DNA of 64,000 bases from the IMG/VR virus record IMGVR_UViG_3300009509_000014, positions 9,904 through 73,903 of that record. The stretch is one strand, 5' to 3'. A program made the translations under genes and the position numbers. This DNA comes from a virus. Within the stretch, counting starts at the first letter, position 1, and the number at the start of each line of letters is the position of its first letter. A model generated the notes under the pieces. It ran no database searches and was not told the DNA's origin. It was given only the letters and a program-made list of their open reading frames with translations. Below are positions 34,898-44,975 of the stretch, piece after piece.

Positions 34898-37092
34898 TGG
34901 CGATAACCCTTGGGAATACAACTTCATCTGGCACTCAAATAAATGCCAATACGTCATTTTCATTCTCGCACACAACACACGCAGACACAGACCTCCTTAA
35001 CATTACGATTGTAGCACAGGACACCGTTACGTCAGATCGTAACGTAACAGGGGTTACGTTTAACGGCGTAGCTGCAACAGAGGTTGTTGCCATTGAAACA
35101 GGCTCAACGAATATGACCGTTGAGATATGGCGTCTAACAGAAACATCTTACGGCACTAATCTTGGTGGAGTAACCGCAAACGTTCAGGTTACATTTGCTG
35201 GGAAGACAAGTACTTCTGTTGCCTGGAGTACAGATCTTATAGGTGTAAATCAAACAACGCCTGTACAAAATTCTAATACGGCATACGGAACAAGCAGTAC
35301 ACCGTCTGTAACAGTTTCCGGTGCTGTTGCTGGCAGTATGACAATAGGCGGCCTTGGCACAGCACAGGGTGATTCAACGCTTGTTAGTGTTACGACAGGA
35401 ACACAACTTGCAGAAGAAGACGCTGGTCCAGTTGTGTTTGCCGCAGCATATAATTCTGGCAATGGTACATTAGCGTGGTATATAACAAGTAGTTTTCAGT
35501 GGCACATTGCCGCCGCAAATTATAATGAGGCTGCTACTGGCGGGAGTGGTAGTGTTACCGCAGACGCAATTATCGAAAAGTCTATATCGCAAAGTGTTAG
35601 CTCTGACTCCGTTATAGAGAAAAGCGTACAGCAGTCTGTTTCATCTGACGCAATAGTCATGGTATCGGAGTCTGGATTGGTGAGCGCAGACTCTACTATT
35701 AAGTCACAGCAGCAGCAGTCAGTATCGGCTGACTCTGCCATTTTGAGATCTTTTTCACAGTCTGTAACCGTTGATGCAGTTGTAGAGTCTAGAGTAGAGG
35801 CGAGTTTCACAGCCGACGCATATATTTACGCAGAGGCAGTTACGTGGTATTACTGGAGCGAGATTTGGAGTAACCCTGTATCGACAGCGTACTCGGTCAC
35901 AGCAGACGCAGTAATTCTAAGACAGGTATCTGACAGTATAATTGCTGACGCAATTGTTAAAAAGACCATATCTGGTTCTGTTACTGCAGATTCTACTATA
36001 AAGAAGGCGGTAGAGCAATCTATCGCTGGCGATGCGGTTGTCAAGAAGTCAAATTCGCAGTCGGCTACTGTAGATGCGACTATCCGCGTTTTAACAGAGC
36101 AGTCAGTAGTCGCAGACGCGACGATTGAAAGCTCTGTTACCCAAAGCGTAAATGCAGACGCAATTGTTTTACGTGCAATATCGCAGAGCATGATCGCAGA
36201 CTCTATTGTAAAGAGTAGTGCTGAACAGTCAGTAAGTGCCGACGCATATATTCTTTCACAGGCAACAGAAGACTCTATAACGGCTGACGCCATAATCAAA
36301 ACTTCTGTATCGCAAAGTATAAGCGCAAACGCATACATTTTTGGTACAACGGTTCAGGATATAACCGCTGATGCTGTAATCAAGAAGGGTGCTAGCCAGT
36401 CTGTAACCGCAGATGCCGTTGTAGAAAGTGCGGTGTCGCAATCTATAAGTGCTGATGCCGTAATTCAAGCAACGGTCGAACAATCTATAAGTGCCGATGC
36501 TGTAATTGAGAAATCTATATCTCAAAGCATTTCCGCTGATGCGACCATACTTGTATATAACGAGCAGAGCGTAGTCGCAGATGCTGTTGTAGAACGGTCT
36601 GTAGATTCGTCAGTGACCGCAGATGCCATTGTAGAAAGTACAGTATCTCAAAGCATAACTTCTAACGCCGTTGTTGAAACGACAGTTGAAAGCTCTATAG
36701 CGGTAGACGCCGTTATTGAACGTTCGTGGCAACAGTCTGTAACGCTAGACGCGACAATTGTATGTGTTGGTACTCCAGTATGGGTTTCGCCGCCAGATAC
36801 TTCTGCGAGTGGCACGTTGCCAGTGTTTGTATTTGAGATTCCAGAGTCGGTAGGCGGTATGCACTTTAAGCTAGAACTTGACAAAGTGAATACCTTTGAC
36901 GGTCCAGATTATAGGTTGATCGAAACTTGGATAAGTACAACTGGTTGGGAATACCATGACGGTGTTGGGTGGCAACCATTCCCGTCAAGCGGTGTCTCAA
37001 ATGTATACTCAGGGAATGAGTGTAGGTATACGGTGCAGGTAGAATTGACAAGTGGCGTCTGGTATAGGAAGATCACAGGAGGTGTTGCATAA
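34897..37092 (+). CDS. 14-aa-repeat fibre-like virion protein 2
   Basis: About 28 repeats; same C-terminal domain as protein 1. Confidence 0.75.
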   Translation: MAITLGNTTSSGTQINANTSFSFSHTTHADTDLLNITIVAQDTVTSDRNVTGVTFNGVAATEVVAIETGSTNMTVEIWRLTETSYGTNLGGVTANVQVTFAGKTSTSVAWSTDLIGVNQTTPVQNSNTAYGTSSTPSVTVSGAVAGSMTIGGLGTAQGDSTLVSVTTGTQLAEEDAGPVVFAAAYNSGNGTLAWYITSSFQWHIAAANYNEAATGGSGSVTADAIIEKSISQSVSSDSVIEKSVQQSVSSDAIVMVSESGLVSADSTIKSQQQQSVSADSAILRSFSQSVTVDAVVESRVEASFTADAYIYAEAVTWYYWSEIWSNPVSTAYSVTADAVILRQVSDSIIADAIVKKTISGSVTADSTIKKAVEQSIAGDAVVKKSNSQSATVDATIRVLTEQSVVADATIESSVTQSVNADAIVLRAISQSMIADSIVKSSAEQSVSADAYILSQATEDSITADAIIKTSVSQSISANAYIFGTTVQDITADAVIKKGASQSVTADAVVESAVSQSISADAVIQATVEQSISADAVIEKSISQSISADATILVYNEQSVVADAVVERSVDSSVTADAIVESTVSQSITSNAVVETTVESSIAVDAVIERSWQQSVTLDATIVCVGTPVWVSPPDTSASGTLPVFVFEIPESVGGMHFKLELDKVNTFDGPDYRLIETWISTTGWEYHDGVGWQPFPSSGVSNVYSGNECRYTVQVELTSGVWYRKITGGVA

Positions 37093-39356
37093 TGCCTAGT
37101 TACGCAAGACCTTCAAGTGATATTGCAGTAAGTACGTGGTATAAGTCAACTGGTCCTTCGCAAACTGACATTTATTTAGACATAGCCGAAGTGACACGCG
37201 ATGACAACGACTATATTTACTCTACTCCAGATGGCACTGTAGATTCAGCGCCGTGTGAAATAGGGTTGTCGTCACTGACCGATCCTCTCAGTTCTAGTGG
37301 TCATATCGTTCGCTATACATACAGACGTACAAAGACGAACAAAGACCTTACACTGGTTGTAAGGTTAAGGCAAGGATCGTCTACAACAATTGCTTCGTGG
37401 ACACACACGAATCCGTCTGACGTTCTTGCACTTGCAGAACAAACGCTTACAAGTGGTCAAGCAGACAGTATAAGTGATTATACAGACCTTCGCTTGCAGT
37501 TTGAAGTAACCGTAAACGCTGGCGGAGGTGGTCACGCAGAGGTTACTTGGGCCGAGTTTGAAGTGCCTGGTGCTACGAGTGTTTCTGATTCTGTCACGGC
37601 AGACTCTACAATAAAAAGGTCTGTAAGTCAAAGCGTAAACGCAGACGCAATTGTGCTATGGGCTGGAATGGCTGGAGACTTAACCGCCGACGCCATTGTA
37701 AAGAAGGGCGTTTCCAGTTCGGTTACAGCAGATTCCACGATACTGAGTACAAATTCTGACAGTGTTGTTGCAGATGCCGTTGTAGAAGTTTCTGTAGATC
37801 AATCTGTGAGTGCTGATGCATACATTCAAACTGGTGGGCCTGTTCAGGACAGCATAACAGCAGATGCAACTGTACTGGTTGGACGTAGCGACTCCGTACT
37901 TGCTGATGCCATTGTTGAAAGATCGGTTAGCCAATCTGTCATCGTAGATTCTACAATTGAGAAAACCGTAGAGCAAAGTATTTCGGTAAACGCTATTATT
38001 TATGGTGTTGGTGCAGGTTCTATTGTTGCCGATGCCGTTGTTAAATCAAGCGTGTCTAATTCTGTACTTGTAGATGCTGTGATTGAACAATCTGTTAGCC
38101 AGTCTATCACAGTAAATTCTGTTATAGAGAAGTTAATAGAACAAAGTGTAACCGCAGGTGCCATGATCTCTGCTGGTGGCACTGGACTTATCACGGCAGA
38201 CGCAACAGTTAAGGCTTCTAATGTTGGTTCTGTAACAGTGGACGCCCGTATTGCAGGGAGTGTATCAAGCTCGCTAACCGCAGATGCGGTCATTGATCCT
38301 CCATGTTTTGGATACCCAAGTAGTATATGGAGTATCAATGTAACAGAGGCGCTGTATATTACAGCAGATGCCGCAATTAAAAAGAGCATCGCTTCAAGCA
38401 TAGCCGCCGACGCCATAATTGAAAAGTCGATAAGTCAGGATATATCAGCAGACGCAATTGTAAAACACTCTATTTTAGAAAGTGTTACAGTTAATGCCGT
38501 TGTTGAAAAGGCTGTGTCTGGTAGTATAACTGCAGATGCTTATATAAGCAAGGTTGTTAGCGGATCAATAACCGCAGACTCCGTAATAGAAAAGGCAATA
38601 GATCAATCTGTAACGGCTGATGCATTTATTTCTGTAACTGGCGCGGATATTATCCTTGCTGATGCTATTATCAAGAAGGCGCAGTCTCAGTCTATAACCG
38701 CTGATGCGTGGATTGTAGAAACAATCAGTGATTCTGTTACACTTGACGCTGTAATAGAAAGATCTGTTTCTCAGGGTGTGTTGCTTGACGCTATTATCAA
38801 GACTAGAGTTGAGAGCAGTATAGCTGTAGATGCTATTATATACTCAAGCCAATCTGATTCCGTTGTCGTTGACGCCATAATAGAATCGTCGTCAACTGGT
38901 GCAATAAGTGTAGACGCAGTTATTATCACAACAATAACGGATTCGTTTGTTGTAGACTCCATTATAAAGTCAACGGCGCTGAATTCCATCACAACTGATG
39001 CTATAGTGAAGGGCGCTGTTAGCAATTCTATATTTGCAGATGCTGTTGTTGAGAAGAACCTGCCTCAGTCCGTGACAGCAGATGCACGGATTGTTATTGC
39101 AGGTGCAGACAATTTCTCTGCCGATGCGTGGATTGTTATTGCAAGGGTTGGGAGTCTAACGATAGATGCTATAATAAGACTGGCTCCTTGCCCCGATGTA
39201 ACCGTGAATGTTATAGCCGATGCTATATTGTATAATACAGAAGATGATGAAGTATCTGTCAATCAGTCTTTTTACAATATCACTTGCAATATTTTGAGAA
39301 GTAGTGTAGAATGTGACTGTATAGTTGACAGTATTACATTTAATGAGAGATGCTGA
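37092..39356 (+). CDS. 14-aa-repeat fibre-like virion protein 3
   Basis: About 38 repeats; different, Cys-containing C-terminus. Confidence 0.75.
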   Translation: MPSYARPSSDIAVSTWYKSTGPSQTDIYLDIAEVTRDDNDYIYSTPDGTVDSAPCEIGLSSLTDPLSSSGHIVRYTYRRTKTNKDLTLVVRLRQGSSTTIASWTHTNPSDVLALAEQTLTSGQADSISDYTDLRLQFEVTVNAGGGGHAEVTWAEFEVPGATSVSDSVTADSTIKRSVSQSVNADAIVLWAGMAGDLTADAIVKKGVSSSVTADSTILSTNSDSVVADAVVEVSVDQSVSADAYIQTGGPVQDSITADATVLVGRSDSVLADAIVERSVSQSVIVDSTIEKTVEQSISVNAIIYGVGAGSIVADAVVKSSVSNSVLVDAVIEQSVSQSITVNSVIEKLIEQSVTAGAMISAGGTGLITADATVKASNVGSVTVDARIAGSVSSSLTADAVIDPPCFGYPSSIWSINVTEALYITADAAIKKSIASSIAADAIIEKSISQDISADAIVKHSILESVTVNAVVEKAVSGSITADAYISKVVSGSITADSVIEKAIDQSVTADAFISVTGADIILADAIIKKAQSQSITADAWIVETISDSVTLDAVIERSVSQGVLLDAIIKTRVESSIAVDAIIYSSQSDSVVVDAIIESSSTGAISVDAVIITTITDSFVVDSIIKSTALNSITTDAIVKGAVSNSIFADAVVEKNLPQSVTADARIVIAGADNFSADAWIVIARVGSLTIDAIIRLAPCPDVTVNVIADAILYNTEDDEVSVNQSFYNITCNILRSSVECDCIVDSITFNERC

Positions 39357-39703
39357 TGGGGAAAACAATTGTTGGGATTATAGACGATTTCTTTGCTGGT
39401 GAAACTGTAGAGATAACTGTGCTGTGCAAAAAAGAAGGTGTTGCACAAGACATTACCTCCGACACTGTTACTTTGACGATTAAAGAGAACAAGTCTGACG
39501 CAGATGCTGCGGCAGTTTTGCAAGACGATGCAGACGTTGTAACGTATGGAGTTACTGGAACAGCGTACTGGAATCTTACGCCAGCGCAGACGGACATAGA
39601 TTCTGGAACATATTACGTTGATATAGTCTGGTACGATGGCGCAAAAGAACACGTTGTTTATGATGGAACAATAACAATCATGGAAAGAGTAAGTGACGTA
39701 TAG
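39350..39703 (+). CDS. BppU N-terminal-like Ig-fold adaptor
   Basis: GET..I.V...DIT...V.LTIK...G....LTP.QT....GTYY.DI...G.ITI. Confidence 0.65.
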   Translation: MLMGKTIVGIIDDFFAGETVEITVLCKKEGVAQDITSDTVTLTIKENKSDADAAAVLQDDADVVTYGVTGTAYWNLTPAQTDIDSGTYYVDIVWYDGAKEHVVYDGTITIMERVSDV

Positions 39704-39712
39704 GAGGATATA

Positions 39713-40024
39713 ATGTCAGAGCTTACGACAGCACAGGGATTCCTTGTGTGGCTTACATCAACCGCAGGTCTTGGGGTTGGTGTCACATTCATTGTTGGTC
39801 TAATTAAGAAAGTGTGGCCAGCACTTGAAGGATGGGTTGCGATGGCGGTTACTATTGGAGTCGCCATCCTTTTAGGAGCCGGTGGCACACTGGTTCTTGA
39901 ACTTGGCCTATTCAAATACATTGAGCCTTATTGGGGAGTCATTATAGCAATTGCTACTGTCGTTGGAGGATTTGGTACATCGCAGATATTGTACCACAAG
40001 GCTCCAGTTAGTAGCAATCGGTAA
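39713..40024 (+). CDS. Holin-like membrane protein
   Basis: Three TM segments; IVGLIKK, SQILY. Confidence 0.65.
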   Translation: MSELTTAQGFLVWLTSTAGLGVGVTFIVGLIKKVWPALEGWVAMAVTIGVAILLGAGGTLVLELGLFKYIEPYWGVIIAIATVVGGFGTSQILYHKAPVSSNR

Positions 40025-40047
40025 TTATTAGGGTGGGAGGCACCATA

Positions 40048-40743
40048 ATGAATATCGAATTTATAGAACGTGTGTATCCGGATAGAGATATGCGCGATGC
40101 CCTTCTCCACGCCAGGGAAGCTTTTGTTCTCATGGTAGATGGAGGCGCTGGTGACAGTGAGGAGTTAGTTAGCGAGATTAGTTATATATATCCCAAACTG
40201 CGATTTGCGTGGCTTAGTATGCAAAGGTATGAATTTGCGGCAAGATATTTGCGGGATGATGATTTCGTTTTAGACGCTCCGTGCGGAACTGGATTTGGGT
40301 CTGCAATTTTAGCAAGGAATGGGAATAAGGTATTGGGGATTGACATTGATGGCGATTCTATTGCTTATGCGTCCGATATGTATAGATACCCGAATGTACA
40401 ATTTGAAGTTGCCGATATGATGGTTGACAACCTTCCAGGTGTTGACTTTATTACCTGCCTTGACGGGTTGGAACACGTTACACCAGGGCATGTCTTAATA
40501 GAAAGATTTGTTAGTTCGTTAAGCGACAGGGGGATTCTTGTTGTTAGCGTTCCGATAAACGAATTAAAAATAACTGGCGGGGAACGCAATCCGTACCATA
40601 AAGAGGATTACGATCCAGAAAGTCTTTACGATTTACTGTCTCCATACTTCAAATGTGTTTCGATGTATGGGCATGACCTTAGTGGGTCGATCTCTGGAAT
40701 TGGGAATGCGTTTGATGGAATTACCGCTGTGTGTGAGGTCTAA
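40048..40743 (+). CDS. Class I SAM-dependent methyltransferase (glycan-associated type)
   Basis: RYEFA, VLDAPCGTGFGS, GIDID, LEHV, NPYH. Confidence 0.9.
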   Translation: MNIEFIERVYPDRDMRDALLHAREAFVLMVDGGAGDSEELVSEISYIYPKLRFAWLSMQRYEFAARYLRDDDFVLDAPCGTGFGSAILARNGNKVLGIDIDGDSIAYASDMYRYPNVQFEVADMMVDNLPGVDFITCLDGLEHVTPGHVLIERFVSSLSDRGILVVSVPINELKITGGERNPYHKEDYDPESLYDLLSPYFKCVSMYGHDLSGSISGIGNAFDGITAVCEV

Positions 40744-41346
40744 ATGTGGAAGTATTGTACAAAAAGTGAGGTTGCTGGATTTTCTGGTTTAGCGGAATCG
40801 ACATTCGCCGACGCATGGAGCCAGATGGTAGAAGAGTATATAGATGAATACACTGGTGAAAGTTACTCTGGAGCTGCGACATATACAGAATCGGTTGATG
40901 GCGATGGAATAAATGACACTATTATTTTGTCACACACTCCAATAATTTCCGTAACGTCAGTTTCAATTGACGGAGTTGCTCTTCAGTCAACTGATTATAA
41001 GGTTTATAACAGCGGTTATATAAAGCTAGTAAGTTCTGTTGGGAGCGCAATTGACAGGGCAACGGGTACTGCCGGAGCGGCATTTCCAGAGGGACAGCAA
41101 AATGTGGTTATTGTATACTCTGGTGGAGTTGTATCAGTGCCAGCGTATGTAAAACTGGCTGCCATGTTATGCCTTGCGGAAATTAGTGTGTATAGTGAAA
41201 AGGCTGGAGCGAATGCTTCTCTTGCGGTTTCAAGGGCCTCACAAAGAGCAGGCGATGGAGCTAATTATGCCACATCAGCAGCGCTTGCAACTAAACTTAG
41301 GTCGATTATCCGGAATACAATAGGACAAAAGTGGAGATTTAAGTAG
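40744..41346 (+). CDS. Head-tail adaptor
   Basis: IDEYTG, DGDG, PIISVTSV, FP.G..NV.I.Y..G...VP..VKLA. Confidence 0.8.
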   Translation: MWKYCTKSEVAGFSGLAESTFADAWSQMVEEYIDEYTGESYSGAATYTESVDGDGINDTIILSHTPIISVTSVSIDGVALQSTDYKVYNSGYIKLVSSVGSAIDRATGTAGAAFPEGQQNVVIVYSGGVVSVPAYVKLAAMLCLAEISVYSEKAGANASLAVSRASQRAGDGANYATSAALATKLRSIIRNTIGQKWRFK

Positions 41347-41900
41347 TGTATACAATTCGCGTTACTGGTGCAGACTGGTGGGAAAGGCGTGTGTACTATC
41401 TATCGTCTGGTGGAATCGAAAGAGAAGGGACTTCGCCAGCCCTTAAGAAACTTGATAAAAAGTTCAGGGAAACTCTGACGGAGTTGTTTAAGCCTGGGGC
41501 TGGTGGACCTCAAGTTACATATAGACACGGTGATAAAGGAGCATATCTTCGCGGACTCCATAGTGTTGTGACTCCAGACACCTTGCAAATTATAGAAAGT
41601 AATCCAACCGGAGGCAAACAGATTCGCGAAGGCGGAAAGGTTGGTTCTTGGCACGATCTTGTTTTTTGGGCAGAGCGTAAACTGGGACTTAGTATAGAAA
41701 TGTACCAGGCTCAGGAATTTGCAGATGCTATGGTAAAACGTGGGTATGTTGGCGGGAAAAACTCTCCAATACAGAGTGAGTATCCAGAAGGTGGATCGAC
41801 GTTTAAGTTTCCAGAATGGATAGTAAAGTATAAGAATGCAAGGGATATAGATGACTGCTCTAGGACAATGGAAACGATGATTGTGAGGTATTTAAGTTAA
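41346..41900 (+). CDS. Neck/tail completion protein (putative)
   Basis: Synteny between the adaptor and the tail terminator. Confidence 0.5.
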   Translation: MYTIRVTGADWWERRVYYLSSGGIEREGTSPALKKLDKKFRETLTELFKPGAGGPQVTYRHGDKGAYLRGLHSVVTPDTLQIIESNPTGGKQIREGGKVGSWHDLVFWAERKLGLSIEMYQAQEFADAMVKRGYVGGKNSPIQSEYPEGGSTFKFPEWIVKYKNARDIDDCSRTMETMIVRYLS

Positions 41901-42376
41901 TGGGTGTATATGATTTTGCAGGTAACATTCGCACGGTTTTGCTTGCAGATTTAGATCAACTCCAGTATGATGACGCTGGTGCGAATCTTGGGGTCGGCTA
42001 CTCCGGTTGGGACTCCGCGCTATCGTATGCGAGAGCGAATGATTTAGATTACTTTGGGACAGTTATGCCTGCTATGGGCGACGACAGAGCGCCGAAGGCA
42101 TTTCAGTATAGTATGTGGCAGTGGTCATTCTATATTAGGCTTCACGTGAAGTTTGAAGTTGATGCAAACCCATCTTCTGATGAGTTGGTTGCTAACCTTG
42201 CAGACGATTTATTTAGTGCGCTTATAAATCCAGATAATATTAGAACAATTACACCGACAGGGGCAGTAAAAGTAACTGCATTTAACTATATGGGCGATCC
42301 GGAAAACATAAACGACGTTACATATTTGACGCTGGAATGCCTTGTTGCAGTTACGGCGCAAATAGATAGGACATAG
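41900..42376 (+). CDS. Tail terminator (putative)
   Basis: Size, acidity and synteny. Confidence 0.5.
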   Translation: MGVYDFAGNIRTVLLADLDQLQYDDAGANLGVGYSGWDSALSYARANDLDYFGTVMPAMGDDRAPKAFQYSMWQWSFYIRLHVKFEVDANPSSDELVANLADDLFSALINPDNIRTITPTGAVKVTAFNYMGDPENINDVTYLTLECLVAVTAQIDRT

Positions 42377-42377
42377 G

Positions 42378-42653
42378 ATGGAAGAGAAAATAGACGATGG
42401 TTTCTTGACTTGTATGCAAGCATGTGATACAATCTCCTTGATGCTTGGAATGGACATTAACAGCTTGATCGCGAATGGCCTTGAATTTACTAAGGCAATT
42501 GCGATAGTATTAAACACAGATATTAAGAAACTGCCAGTTGGTATGGTGAAACCTATTGCAAATGTTCAGAGTGCAATACTTGAGTTTCTGGAAGGAAATA
42601 GAGAGAATGAAGATTTTAACAGTGGCCCCTGGGCCAAAATTCTCAACGTATGA
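42378..42653 (+). CDS. Hypothetical protein
   Basis: Co-oriented coupled ORF. Confidence 0.6.
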   Translation: MEEKIDDGFLTCMQACDTISLMLGMDINSLIANGLEFTKAIAIVLNTDIKKLPVGMVKPIANVQSAILEFLEGNRENEDFNSGPWAKILNV

Positions 42654-43683
42654 TACATTTATGTATTATACCAGGGCATTTGCTAGTTTAGGGCATGAAG
42701 TTTCAGCATTTAACTATCACGACCATTATGCGTATCATGCAACTGCGCTGGCTTACGTTGAAGACGAAGACCCCGAAGATCAGGGGTTGCAGGCTAGGGC
42801 AATTATGCTGGCTGCCGAAGACTTAATATCTAGGATAGCCAGGAAGGGACCTGAGTTTATCTTTGTGGTTTCTGGACTTGCATTACCACCTGGGGTGTGG
42901 GACTGGCTTGATACATTTAACGGAATGTTAAAGAATCGGTTTAAGACAATGGTTCTGTTTACGGAGTCTCCGTATATAGATGAGAGCCAATACCCAATCC
43001 TTGAAAGGGTTGATATTGCGGCTACAACTGATAAGGCAAGCCTTGACAGCTTCTTATCGGTAAACAAAAACTCTATATATGTTAGACACGCATACGAACC
43101 GACGGTACACAAGCCGATGCCAATGTCTGAAAGGCATATGGCTGACGTGTTCATGGTTGGGACTGGATTCCCTGAGAGGATCAATCTCCTAACAAGCGTT
43201 AATTGGGACGGTATTGACTTGAGATTGTTCGGTGGGAATTGGGGCGACCTAGGCGAAGAACTGGACAAGTATTATGTACCAGAATTTTTGTCCAACGAAG
43301 AGGAAGTCCCGTATTACTACACGAACTCAAAGATAAACCTTAACATTTACAGAACGGCCAAGTGGCCTGGAAAAAATGTGACACACATTGATCCAGAACT
43401 TGCTTATAGCGTGTCGCCGCGCTGCTATGAGATTTTAGGATGCGGCGGGTTCCTTCTAACCGACTCACGGCCAGAGTTGTTAGAACTCTTTAGGGATGGA
43501 AGGGACTTGGTAGTTTTTGACGGGGCAGATGACCTATCAGAGAAGATAAGGTATTATCTGAACCGTCCGCGCCAGAGGGAGAGAATCTCTGCGTCTGGCA
43601 TGAGAGCCGTTGCGGAGCATACATATATGAATCGTGCGGCAGAAATTTCAAAATACTTAGATAATAACTGGAGGGTGTTATAA
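42607..43683 (+). CDS. GT-B glycosyltransferase (CgeB/DUF3880-like)
   Basis: TESPY, DVFMVGT..PER, SKINLN, R.YE..GCGGFLLTD, F.DG, HTY..RA. Confidence 0.9.
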   Translation: MKILTVAPGPKFSTYDTFMYYTRAFASLGHEVSAFNYHDHYAYHATALAYVEDEDPEDQGLQARAIMLAAEDLISRIARKGPEFIFVVSGLALPPGVWDWLDTFNGMLKNRFKTMVLFTESPYIDESQYPILERVDIAATTDKASLDSFLSVNKNSIYVRHAYEPTVHKPMPMSERHMADVFMVGTGFPERINLLTSVNWDGIDLRLFGGNWGDLGEELDKYYVPEFLSNEEEVPYYYTNSKINLNIYRTAKWPGKNVTHIDPELAYSVSPRCYEILGCGGFLLTDSRPELLELFRDGRDLVVFDGADDLSEKIRYYLNRPRQRERISASGMRAVAEHTYMNRAAEISKYLDNNWRVL

Positions 43684-44084
43684 TGGCAAAGGTAGTATGT
43701 ATAGACGCCCTGGTATACTTCAATGGGGATGTTTTGGCAGAGCGTTCGGACGCAACTATTAGTTGGGATACCGATATCGCCGAAGCTCGTCCATTTAAGG
43801 CTTCTGCAGCGGAAGCGTTCGCCGACAAGTCACCGACTTGGAAGAGCTGGACTGCATCCCTGGAAGGCTTTTATGATGACAGCGACGACGCGCTTGTAAC
43901 TGCTGCTATTGCCAACACTCGCGGAATGTTGATTGTATATCCGACACGCGCCAATATGACGAATTATTGGTACGGATATGCCTACATCGCGAACGTTGAG
44001 CATGGCATCAATTCGGAAGACTTCTCAAGCCTCAGTGGTGAGGCCGAAGGTGACGGGACTCTTAAGTGGGTAAATAACGCATAG
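43683..44084 (+). CDS. Tail tube (major tail) protein
   Basis: KSWTASLEGFYD, G.AYI, EGDG.L; followed by a stem-loop and chaperones. Confidence 0.8.
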   Translation: MAKVVCIDALVYFNGDVLAERSDATISWDTDIAEARPFKASAAEAFADKSPTWKSWTASLEGFYDDSDDALVTAAIANTRGMLIVYPTRANMTNYWYGYAYIANVEHGINSEDFSSLSGEAEGDGTLKWVNNA

Positions 44085-44096
44085 ACGTAAAACCCT

Positions 44097-44122
44097 GGCG
44101 GGGAGGTTTGCGCCTCCCCGCC
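44097..44122 (+). terminator. Stem-loop after tail tube
   Basis: GGCGGGGAGG-TTTGCG-CCTCCCCGCC; no U-tract. Confidence 0.6.
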
Positions 44123-44167
44123 TAGTACAAAATTATACGAACAAATATAGGAAGGATACATAATAGC

Positions 44168-44620
44168 ATGGCGAATTACAGATGGGACGAAGAAAATCCT
44201 CTTGTTCTCTATATCGAAGACGAAGAGGTAAATCTTGAGACTAAGGGTGTGGAGTATGCAAGGCAGTTTGGTCGGCTAACTTCATGGCTTGGTCGATATG
44301 CACTTCCTGCGCTTGCGAGTGCGCTGGATGCTGGAGACATTGAACAGGGCGATGATTATAGCGTTGCCTTCAACCTCTTGGCGAACTTTATGGACCTTGG
44401 GTTCTCGCCAGAGTCACTCGTAGAGCTTTCTGGAATTCTGATCAATCGCGATGATGCGTTTGTTGAAGAATACTTTGATCCAGGATGGTTTGTAGAAGCA
44501 CTCCTGAGATCGTTTGATTACCGGCCTGGAGTTAAGTCTGCGTTTGTGAGTTTGTATCAACGGTTTTTTCTGGCAATACGCACCAACTCCGATGATGCAG
44601 AGGATCAAGCATCAGATTAG
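44168..44620 (+). CDS. Tail assembly chaperone (G-like)
   Basis: Between tube and tape measure; T6C run near the 3' end. Confidence 0.7.
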   Translation: MANYRWDEENPLVLYIEDEEVNLETKGVEYARQFGRLTSWLGRYALPALASALDAGDIEQGDDYSVAFNLLANFMDLGFSPESLVELSGILINRDDAFVEEYFDPGWFVEALLRSFDYRPGVKSAFVSLYQRFFLAIRTNSDDAEDQASD

Positions 44621-44975
44621 ACAGGCTTATGGATACACTGACGAACAGATATTAAGCCATATTCAGGAATATAGTGAGGAGTGGGCTTATGACTCTTATC
44701 AGTTTATCATGGAAGATAAGGTAACTCATTGGCAGACATTAATGGCAGTAATGCCATTGGCCAGAACGCCATCTGATAAAAAGTTCTCAAAGTCCTTGAT
44801 AAAATACACAAAGGACTTGAGAAAGTCGATAGAATTAACATTTGCGCCTTGGATGGAGCAAAAGAGAATAGAGGCTATCAAAAAGAGGTTGGCAAAACCT
44901 CCAGAGGGTGTAATGGTAGATGAAACTGGCAAGAAGATCGACCTTAGCGATCCGGAGTGGTGGAAAAAGTTATGA
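44592..44975 (+). CDS. Tail assembly chaperone (T-like), probably reached by frameshift
   Basis: Overlaps the upstream ORF in the +1 frame; no SD before its ATG. Confidence 0.65.
   Translation: MMQRIKHQIRQAYGYTDEQILSHIQEYSEEWAYDSYQFIMEDKVTHWQTLMAVMPLARTPSDKKFSKSLIKYTKDLRKSIELTFAPWMEQKRIEAIKKRLAKPPEGVMVDETGKKIDLSDPEWWKKL

Larger units (their letters stand above)
33490..39225 (+). repeat. Degenerate 42-bp (14-aa) tandem coding repeats in three paralogous genes
   Basis: Unit such as SVTADAIIEKSISQ; blocks at about 33490-34245, 35545-36760 and 37575-39225. Confidence 0.9.

Noticed and set aside
33490-39225. CRISPR array or DGR-like repeats
   Set aside because: The repeats are in-frame, synonymous-diverged and have no spacers. 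No reverse transcriptase or cas genes are visible.
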